48,298 nt of DNA from NCBI GenBank assembly GCA_964441455.1, contig CAYTUX010000282.1, positions 1 through 48,298 on the forward strand, given 5' to 3'. A program made the position numbers and the translations under genes. The notes below the pieces were generated by a model. It had not been told where the DNA came from and made no database searches. It saw only the letters and a list, made by a program, of their open reading frames with translations. Shown piece by piece: positions 19,650 through 27,652 of this stretch; the first letter of the stretch is position 1, and every line of letters begins with the position of its first letter. The stretch comes from an uncultured Victivallales bacterium (GTDB lineage: Bacteria > Verrucomicrobiota > Kiritimatiellia > JAQICX01).

Positions 19650-20534
19650 TTATTTGTTTAATTGTTTTTTAAAATGATTTGGTACGAGAAGAACTGGAGC
19701 GGATGAGTGGCGAGCTATGTTGTGGCTTACACTTCCCATGAATATCTCACTGATATAACCTCGCCCATGTGTTCCCATTACTATTAAACTGGCCTGTTGT
19801 TCTTCTTTGAGAATTTCTTCTATCGGATTTCCGTGAGAAAGTTTCACGGAAATTGTTAAGCTGCCGACAGCTTCCAGCCGGGTTTTCAACTCATCAAGGC
19901 GTTGTTTATCAATTTCATCATATTCGTCGAGTCGTGGATCTATATGTTTTTTCCATCTCCTCAGATCTTGTGTATGCAGAAGAGTAATATGTTCAGCTCC
20001 TTTGCCGGCAATCTCGAGCAAATATTTAAAGGCTGCTTCCGCATGAACGGAAAAATCCGTCGGAAACAAAACATGCCTCATAAAATCACAGGAAGCTTCT
20101 TCAACACCGGTTTTTCCCGTTTTCAGATCTTTAGCTATGCGAATAATGAGCAAAGGCCGCGAAACACGGTGCAGAAGCTCCGAGGCCGTGCCACCAAGAA
20201 AAAGTTCGCTGCTGAAGTTGTGTCCCTTTGCCCCGACGACAATGAGCGAACAGTTCTCCTTGTCTGCTAAATTTGGTATTTCAAGAGCAGGTAAACCCGC
20301 TTCAACTACAACCCTTATAAGAAATCCCTGATTCTTCAGATTTTCCTGTATGGAAACAAGTGAAACCCGAATGCTTTCTTCTATCTCTGATGGAAAGGCA
20401 ACCTGCTCAGGAATCTGAAAACATTGGACAATCAAAGCTTCCTTGCTACCAAGTTTGCCTAAATTACCTGCACATGCAGCTACAATTTCTTTAGCTGGTG
20501 ATGAATCTACAGCTAATAATATTTTTCTGAACAT
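19650..20534 (-). CDS. tandem universal stress protein (2x UspA domain)
   Basis: Two repeats of the ILLAVD...G(x)HG...GS motif pattern, 294 aa. Confidence 0.85.
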   Translation of the reverse strand: MFRKILLAVDSSPAKEIVAACAGNLGKLGSKEALIVQCFQIPEQVAFPSEIEESIRVSLVSIQENLKNQGFLIRVVVEAGLPALEIPNLADKENCSLIVVGAKGHNFSSELFLGGTASELLHRVSRPLLIIRIAKDLKTGKTGVEEASCDFMRHVLFPTDFSVHAEAAFKYLLEIAGKGAEHITLLHTQDLRRWKKHIDPRLDEYDEIDKQRLDELKTRLEAVGSLTISVKLSHGNPIEEILKEEQQASLIVMGTHGRGYISEIFMGSVSHNIARHSSAPVLLVPNHFKKQLNK

Positions 20535-20546
20535 ATCAATACCTTT

Positions 20547-21899
20547 CTAAAAACTTTCCCCGATTGCCAATCTATATTGAGCATGTGCAATTTTATAATC
20601 GGATAAAGAACTATAATAATTCATTTGAGCCTCCAGCAAGTCCGATTGGGCATCAAGCAAGTCAGTAACCGACCCTTTTGCATAAATATGCTTTTCACTC
20701 TCGATTCGCAGACTTTCCTTAGCTTGTTCAATGCTTTTTCCTGTTGCACGAAGACGTTCGACAGATGAATTAATATTTAAAACAGCCGTTTCAACATCTA
20801 GCTGAATTTTCAATTCAAGTTGACGAAGCTTTTCAGATGCTGCAAATTGAATTGCTCTCTTTTCTCTGACCTGTGCACTAATATACCCTCCGTTAAAAAT
20901 GGGAATCTCAACTTCAAGCATGATACTTCCCGCCTCGTTGTTCTGATCAAAATCATGAGTATCCCACTGATTCCCCCAGACTCCTTTCAATGAAACCGAT
21001 GGACTTCTCTGTGCTTTGGCCGCATCTGTCTCACACTTCCTGGCAGAAAGAATGTCTTGCACAGCCAAATAATCAGGTCGCTGAATGAATGCTTTGTTCA
21101 GGGAGCTTTCTATCTCTGGAACTGTATCATCACCAGGCTTGAGTTCCCCGGCAGCCATCACCTGATTGTTTGTTGTATAATTCATTCCCATTAGATTGGT
21201 CAATAGACGATTCTGAATTGCTAGAATGTTTTTCGCTCGAGTCAAATCACACTGCAAAGCACTTAAACGAACTTCCGTACGTAAAAGATCATCATTGGTA
21301 GCTTTTTGTACACTAATCATTTTCTGTATTTGGGAACAATGCTCCTCCAAAGCCTTTTGCGAAAATTCGAATGACTCTATGATATGTCTTTGTGCAAGAA
21401 TACTGTAAAAAACACTGCTGATATTAAAAACCAACTCTTCACGATTACGGTTCAGCTGATGTCCGGATGCAGTGTATAACAGTTTTGCAGCACGGGTCTC
21501 GTTGACTAGACGCCCTCCCGTAAATAACGGCATGTGAACAACCACATCGCCCGAGAGCGGCTGGTCGGTAAATTGCAAAGTATCTCCATCGCCTGGACGG
21601 CGTGGCGCAATCATGCGGTCTTCATGATATCGCCCAAAGGAACTGTATAGATTGACATGTGGAAGTCTGGAACTGAATGTCATATCATAACGGGCATCGG
21701 CAACACTTTGCTCATAAGTCTTGGCAGCAATATCCGGATTGTTTGCCAAAGCTATTTCTATGACCTCGCTGAGTAACAGCGGTTCTGTTAATTTGTCAGA
21801 TGCAGCCCAAACAGTATTAATAATTAATAGGACAACCAAGATTAAAGTCCTCTGGATGAAATGCGGAGAAAACAGCAAACAAGTAAAGTTTGTTTTCAT
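20547..21899 (-). CDS. TolC-family outer membrane efflux protein
   Basis: Signal sequence, two OEP repeats, 450 aa. First gene of the efflux cluster. Confidence 0.88.
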   Translation of the reverse strand: MKTNFTCLLFSPHFIQRTLILVVLLIINTVWAASDKLTEPLLLSEVIEIALANNPDIAAKTYEQSVADARYDMTFSSRLPHVNLYSSFGRYHEDRMIAPRRPGDGDTLQFTDQPLSGDVVVHMPLFTGGRLVNETRAAKLLYTASGHQLNRNREELVFNISSVFYSILAQRHIIESFEFSQKALEEHCSQIQKMISVQKATNDDLLRTEVRLSALQCDLTRAKNILAIQNRLLTNLMGMNYTTNNQVMAAGELKPGDDTVPEIESSLNKAFIQRPDYLAVQDILSARKCETDAAKAQRSPSVSLKGVWGNQWDTHDFDQNNEAGSIMLEVEIPIFNGGYISAQVREKRAIQFAASEKLRQLELKIQLDVETAVLNINSSVERLRATGKSIEQAKESLRIESEKHIYAKGSVTDLLDAQSDLLEAQMNYYSSLSDYKIAHAQYRLAIGESF

Positions 21900-22021
21900 A
21901 AAATTCCTTATCTATTTTTTACTCATATATTGCATTATATCTCCTTAGGTTGCCATGTTTAAAATGACAAAATACAGCAGTCTTACAAACCAACAACGTA
22001 AGGAGTTAATAATTTTGTTAA

Positions 22022-22055
22022 CTAACTTTAAAAAGTTAGACTTTTCTAACTTTTA
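22022..22055. promoter_or_regulatory. candidate operator: 8+8 palindrome CTAACTTT-AA-AAAGTTAG plus an extra half-site
   Basis: Perfect inverted repeat at 22022-22039 and TCTAACTTTT at 22046-22055, about 125-155 nt upstream of the tolC-like start. Confidence 0.3.
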
Positions 22056-22276
22056 AAAATGGATATTATTAAATACTTCAAAAAAAATCAACAACTATTT
22101 TAAAAAAAACTTAACACATTACTATTAAACTATTTAAGCATTAAAAAGAATTTATATACCAGCATAAACGAATCAAAAAAATACTTTAACCCTATATGTT
22201 TTACAAATTTATTTTAGAAACTACTGACTGACTATGAATTTCGTTGTTTTATCGAAGATGTTAATAATTTGTTTGA

Positions 22277-22822
22277 CAAACCCCGGGAATTATTGCTGAA
22301 ATTGAAGAAAATCTGCGTTATATTGCAAAAGACATTGAATACGTATATAGACATTCTGATTTTCAATTGACATGGAAAATAGACAAACATTGGTCAATAG
22401 CTCCTACATTCAGATATACCGAAAAATATAAAAACAACACAACCACATCCATGCCGGGCGGATACATAGATATTAATAATAGCTATACATATATAAATTG
22501 TAATCTCAAAACAAGATTAAGACCTTTTTACGGAAAAACATCAGAAGGAGATGATGTGATAGACTTCAGACCAAAATTCACATTGCTAACAAACGATGCA
22601 TGGACAAAAGCTAAACTAAAACCATATGTTGCAGATGAAATGATGTTTGATCTCAACGATGGCCGACTTTACAAAAACAGACTTTCTGTTGGAATAGGTT
22701 CAACTATTTATAACAAGGTTGCGATAGGAATCTTTATTATGCAGGAAATGACTGAAGACAGCATTACACATGACTGGTCCGAGGCATACAACATAGGACT
22801 TAACACCCACTTCAAATTCTAA
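22277..22822 (+). pseudogene. DUF2490-like outer-membrane beta-barrel protein, apparently N-terminally truncated
   Basis: The open frame runs back to 22277 with no ATG and no signal peptide. The only candidate start is TTG at 22367. The alternating beta-strand pattern ends in F. Confidence 0.45.
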
Positions 22823-22873
22823 CATCACAAAAAAAGTATTGTTTGTATTTCGTGTTTAGCATATAATACCTAT

Positions 22874-23449
22874 ATGAAAATGATACTGGCATCAAAATCT
22901 CCTCGAAGAGAAAAAATTTTAAGCAACATATTTTCAGAGATTATCATATACAATCCCGACATTGAAGAGGTATGTATTGAGAGCAATCCGAAGAAAACAG
23001 CACAAACAAATGCATTGCTTAAAGTTGAAGTTGCAATATCAAGATTTCCTAAAGAATATATATTAGCAGCAGATACCGTAATATCATTTGAAAACAGAAT
23101 AATAGGTAAACCAAAAAACTTTGAACATGCTTATAAGATTTTTAAAGACTTATCAGGGAAAAAGCATGAAGTAATCACAGCTGTTGCATTTTATGAGCCA
23201 TTTAAGAAAAAAACAGATATTGATATGTGTAGAACTAATGTCTATTTCAAATCACTATCCGATAATGATATAAGGGAATATCACAAGCTGGTCTCACCTT
23301 TAGACAAGGCAGGTGGTTACAACATAGATGAAAGTGCTGATTTAATAATCGAAAAAATTGATGGATCAAAAACAAACGTAATGGGGCTGCCAATTGAAGT
23401 GGTACGCAAAATAAAAGATGACAATTTCAGAAAATTACAGAAGAGTTAA
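22874..23449 (+). CDS. maf: Maf-family nucleoside triphosphate pyrophosphatase
   Basis: ILASKSPRR N-terminal motif, 191 aa. Confidence 0.9.
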   Translation: MKMILASKSPRREKILSNIFSEIIIYNPDIEEVCIESNPKKTAQTNALLKVEVAISRFPKEYILAADTVISFENRIIGKPKNFEHAYKIFKDLSGKKHEVITAVAFYEPFKKKTDIDMCRTNVYFKSLSDNDIREYHKLVSPLDKAGGYNIDESADLIIEKIDGSKTNVMGLPIEVVRKIKDDNFRKLQKS

Positions 23450-24065
23450 AAATCAGATACCAGAAGATATAAAGATATGCGTTGTTGTCAAACGACGTAC
23501 AACAGAAGAAGTTCGTAAAGCAATTGAAGCGGGAGCTACAGATCTTGGCATAAATTATGTAAACGAAGGTATAGATTTATTCCGAGAACTGGGAGAAACG
23601 GCACCAATGGTAAACTGGCATCTAATCGGGCACTTACAGACCAACAAGATCAACAAGATAGTTCCTTTTATATCTTCTGTTCAGACCATAGACTCATACA
23701 AACTGGCAGAAGCACTTAATAAGCGTCTTGACAGAACTATTCCGGTATGCATAGAAATAAACTCCGCTCGTGAAAAGAATAAAAAAGGTGTGCTTCCTGA
23801 AGATACAGAACAACTTATAAGGGATTGTGCTCAACTTCCAAATGTAAAAATCAGCGGCTTAATGACAATGGGTGCATACTCTACGAATGCAGAAGATATG
23901 AGACAATACTTTAAGTTGACAAAAAAACTGTTTGACCATATCGGAACTTTAGGCATAAACAATGTTGACATGAAAACACTATCAATGGGAATGTCTGACT
24001 CATATGAAGTAGCCATAGAAGAAGGTGCAAACTTCATTCGTCCCGGAAGAATAATATTTGAATAA
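23418..24065 (+). CDS. yggS: YggS-family pyridoxal-phosphate homeostasis protein
   Basis: VVKRRT...GINYVNE...WHLIGHLQTNK...SMGMSDSYEVAIEEGANFIRPG pattern. Overlaps maf by 32 nt. Confidence 0.9.
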   Translation: MTISENYRRVKNQIPEDIKICVVVKRRTTEEVRKAIEAGATDLGINYVNEGIDLFRELGETAPMVNWHLIGHLQTNKINKIVPFISSVQTIDSYKLAEALNKRLDRTIPVCIEINSAREKNKKGVLPEDTEQLIRDCAQLPNVKISGLMTMGAYSTNAEDMRQYFKLTKKLFDHIGTLGINNVDMKTLSMGMSDSYEVAIEEGANFIRPGRIIFE

Positions 24066-24068
24066 AAA

Positions 24069-24995
24069 ATGGAACAAGAAAAAATGGAAGACAGCATAAC
24101 CGTTGGTTTAAGAATTGATGTAGATACTCTCAGAGGAACTATAAAGGGTGTACCTACTTTATGTTCTATACTTGAAAAAAACAAAATAAAGGCAACATTT
24201 TATTTTTCTGTAGGACCTGACAATATGGGTCGAAACTTGTGGCGACTTTTAAAACCGGCATTTTTAATAAAAATGCTGCGTTCAAATGCTGCAAGCCTTT
24301 ATGGATGGAATATAATATTCATGGGCACATTTTGGTCCGGACCTGAAATCGGAAAGAACAAAAAAGCTATATCTGCTATCAAACAGGCAAGCGAAAATGG
24401 TCATGAAATTGGTCTGCATGCCTGGGATCATTTTAGCTGGCAGGCAGACGTTGAAAAATGGAGTCCGGAAAGAATATATCAGGAACTGCAGCAAGCATAC
24501 TCAAAAATCAGAGAAATCACAGGTTCTGTTCCGAAATGCTCTGCATCGCCGGGTTGGCGGGCTACAGAAGAGGTTCTACTGCAGAAAGAAAAATTTAATT
24601 TTAAACATAATAGCGACTGCCGAGGTGAAGGAACATTCTATCCTATTATAAATGGGGAAAAACTTATTACACCGCAGATTGCTCAGAACCTGCCCACTTA
24701 TGATGAGCTCATCAATTCTGAAAATATAACAAGTGAGAACTACAACACCCATATTATAAAGCTGATAAAAAAGAGTAAAACACTTACAAACGTTTTAACA
24801 ATTCATGCAGAAGTTGAAGGTATATCCTGCAGTGAAATGTTTGAAAATTTTCTGCTTATGGCAAAAAAACAAAACATTTCATTTGTTCCTGTAAAAGATA
24901 TTATTTCTAAAGACATAAACAAAACAGGCAAAATAGTTCTCAAAGAGATACGCGGGCGAGAAGGAACAATAGCTTGCAGATCCGGCGACATATAA
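24069..24995 (+). CDS. polysaccharide deacetylase family protein, ArnD-like (4-deoxy-4-formamido-L-arabinose-phosphoundecaprenol deformylase)
   Basis: LRIDVDT...KATFYFSVGPDNMGRNLWRLLKPAFLIKMLRSNAASLYGW closely follows the ArnD N-terminal pattern as I remember it. Confidence 0.75.
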   Translation: MEQEKMEDSITVGLRIDVDTLRGTIKGVPTLCSILEKNKIKATFYFSVGPDNMGRNLWRLLKPAFLIKMLRSNAASLYGWNIIFMGTFWSGPEIGKNKKAISAIKQASENGHEIGLHAWDHFSWQADVEKWSPERIYQELQQAYSKIREITGSVPKCSASPGWRATEEVLLQKEKFNFKHNSDCRGEGTFYPIINGEKLITPQIAQNLPTYDELINSENITSENYNTHIIKLIKKSKTLTNVLTIHAEVEGISCSEMFENFLLMAKKQNISFVPVKDIISKDINKTGKIVLKEIRGREGTIACRSGDI

Positions 24996-25062
24996 AAAAA
25001 TGTTTAATGCTGAAGAAGCTCTGCCGGCAGGCAAGAATGATAAATGCTAACTTAAGGATATT

Positions 25063-26217
25063 ATGATGATATGGGACAAAAATATATTTGAAGAGATACC
25101 TGAAACATTTGAATGTTTACACCTTAAATCAAAAGGTTTGACACCTTTATTCTATTCGGGCGTGCCATACAAAGGAAATCCAACCCGAATTTTTGCATGG
25201 ATTGGTCTGCCGGATGGTGCAAGCAAAGACAAACCTGTACCGGCCGTTGTACTTGTTCATGGAGGTGGCGGAACAGCATTCGAGAACTGGGTGAAATACT
25301 GGAACAGATTAGGTTATGCAGCAATTTCAATGGATACATGCGGAGCAATGCCGCATCCTGATAATATCAGCAGATCAGATTCCAACTGGCCTAGACACAG
25401 CTACTCCGGACCACAGGGTTGGGGAGGATGGAATCAGATGAACGACAATCCAAAAGACCATTGGACATACCATGCCGTAAATGCCGTTGCAAGAGGACAC
25501 AGTCTCCTGGCTTCATTTCCGGAAGTCGACGAAAATAAAATTGGTGTTACCGGAATATCCTGGGGTGGTGTATTAACATGCTTATCTGCATCTCTTGACA
25601 GTCGTTACAAATGTGCCAGTCCTATTTACGGATGTGGTTTTATAGAAGAAAAATCAGGAATCGGATGGACTGATATCTTAAACAAAATGCCTAAAGAACA
25701 TCGAAAGTTCTGGAAAGATCACTGGGATCCTGCCGCATATTTATCACAGTTATCCTGTCCTGCACTATGGACAAACGGTACAAACGATTTTACATTTTTT
25801 CCTTCATCATGGCAGAAATCAATAGACATTACAAATGGCAAAAAATACCAAAACCTGAAGGTCAGACTTTATCACAATCATCTGCCGGATGGTGAGACTC
25901 AAAAAGAAACTGTTGTATTTATGGATAGCATTTTAAAAGGAAAAGCAGCTTATCCCGAGATAAAAGAGTGTATAATATCTAAAAACAAGGCTGCAGCGCG
26001 TGTCATCGCTGAAAAAGAAATATTAGATGCACAGCTTGTTGTAACTTTTGACAGGTGCGACTGGCCAAATAGGCAATGGCATATTTTATCGACTGACTTT
26101 AATAAAGCCACATTAACTGCTGAAACTGAAATCCCGGAGGGTGCTTCAGCAGCTTATATGCAGTTTCTGGATGAAAGAAAAATCTATATATCCTCAAAAA
26201 TAACATTCTTCTCTTAG
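25063..26217 (+). CDS. alpha/beta hydrolase (acetyl esterase / dienelactone hydrolase-like)
   Basis: GISWGG nucleophile elbow, VLVHGGGG oxyanion region. Confidence 0.75.
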   Translation: MMIWDKNIFEEIPETFECLHLKSKGLTPLFYSGVPYKGNPTRIFAWIGLPDGASKDKPVPAVVLVHGGGGTAFENWVKYWNRLGYAAISMDTCGAMPHPDNISRSDSNWPRHSYSGPQGWGGWNQMNDNPKDHWTYHAVNAVARGHSLLASFPEVDENKIGVTGISWGGVLTCLSASLDSRYKCASPIYGCGFIEEKSGIGWTDILNKMPKEHRKFWKDHWDPAAYLSQLSCPALWTNGTNDFTFFPSSWQKSIDITNGKKYQNLKVRLYHNHLPDGETQKETVVFMDSILKGKAAYPEIKECIISKNKAAARVIAEKEILDAQLVVTFDRCDWPNRQWHILSTDFNKATLTAETEIPEGASAAYMQFLDERKIYISSKITFFS

Positions 26218-26280
26218 ATTTCTTGTTGAGTGAATAAACATGAGATTAAATAAATAGAATTAGGGTTTGAATTATTTTTG

Positions 26281-26415
26281 ATCACCTTGTGGGTGATAAT
26301 GATGAAACATTATGATTCCGCTCATAGAACGGACACTACATTATTTGCGAATAATGCTGATTGTGGAAGCCCAGCCTTCACTTTGGATTAATAAGAGTCA
26401 AAGTAAAGGCGGGGC
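26281..26415 (+). other. two strong intergenic hairpins (26281-26297 and 26369-26415)
   Basis: ATCACC/GGTGAT stem. A second 17-position stem pairs GCCCAGCCTTCACTTTG with CAAAGTAAAGGCGGGGC, with two mismatches. Confidence 0.4.
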
Positions 26416-26560
26416 TGCCAAAAAGGGGATCCAACCAGAAAAACAGGGATTCTTCTAAAATTCGTTATTAAACATTGCAATTTCAATTCATAAATTATAT
26501 TCTACCCAACTTAATTATTTTTTGTTAATTTAATGCATAAATATTTTTGAGGGATGCAAT

Positions 26561-27652
26561 ATGTCGTCAGCACTAAAAGTAAATAATGTTGTCAAAAACT
26601 TTGATGAAGTTCAAGCTCTAAACGGAGTTTCGTTTGAGATAGAAAAAGGAGAGTTGTTCTTTTTGTTAGGTCCAAGCGGATGCGGAAAGACCACAATGCT
26701 TCGTATACTGGCAGGACTTGAAGAAGCCAATAGCGGTTCAATATACTTTTCCGGAGAGGATGTAAAGAATCTTCCTGCATATAAACGAGGGGCTCCAATG
26801 GTTTTTCAAAACTATGCATTATGGCCTCACATGACTGTATATGCAAATATTGCATTTGGTCTGCAGGAACAGAGAATAGCAAAAAAAGAGATTGAACATA
26901 AAGTTAATGATATATTAAAGCTGGTTAATCTGAATGGTCTTGGCAGCAGAACTCCCGGCGAGTTGTCGGGTGGGCAGCAGCAGAGAGTAGTTCTTGCCAG
27001 AGCTCTGGTACTAAATCCGGAAATAATACTGCTTGACGAACCATTATCAAATCTGGACGCGAAATTGCGACATGAGATGCGCCATGAAATTGAAGAGTTA
27101 CACAGAAACACAAATATAACTTTCATTTATGTGACTCACGACCAATTGGAAGCTCTATCGCTGGCAGATAGAATTGCAGTAATGGATAAAGGACGGATTA
27201 TGTCAACAGGAAAACCTGCCGAATTATATCATAATCCTGACAATTATTTTTGTGCAACTTTTTTAGGTGAAGCCAACTTTGTTGAAGGTAAAGTAATGCA
27301 AATTGATAATGAAAGAGTTATAGTTGATACAGAATACGGTCAATGGACTGCAAATTGCAATAATCACAATCTTACAGAGGGTGAATCTGTTGATCTGCTG
27401 ATAAGACCTGAAAATATTGATATATGCTCATATAACGATAATGAGGATTGCAACATTATAGAAGATTGTTTAACAGAAAAAGTCAGCATTAATGGATCTA
27501 CGATCAGTATAACCTTGTCAAAAAATGGCAAAAAACTTAAAGTAATAGATTTAAATCGACTTCCGAGCACGTCACATAAAAATGATACTGTAAATATTAA
27601 AATAAGATTTGAAAGAACAATCATAATTAAGAGGGCAAATAATGAAAAATAA
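26561..27652 (+). CDS. ABC transporter ATP-binding protein, PotA/CysA/FbpC-like importer type with TOBE-like C-terminus
   Basis: Walker A GPSGCGKTT, signature LSGGQQQR, Walker B ILLDEP, H-loop YVTHD. Confidence 0.92.
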   Translation: MSSALKVNNVVKNFDEVQALNGVSFEIEKGELFFLLGPSGCGKTTMLRILAGLEEANSGSIYFSGEDVKNLPAYKRGAPMVFQNYALWPHMTVYANIAFGLQEQRIAKKEIEHKVNDILKLVNLNGLGSRTPGELSGGQQQRVVLARALVLNPEIILLDEPLSNLDAKLRHEMRHEIEELHRNTNITFIYVTHDQLEALSLADRIAVMDKGRIMSTGKPAELYHNPDNYFCATFLGEANFVEGKVMQIDNERVIVDTEYGQWTANCNNHNLTEGESVDLLIRPENIDICSYNDNEDCNIIEDCLTEKVSINGSTISITLSKNGKKLKVIDLNRLPSTSHKNDTVNIKIRFERTIIIKRANNEK

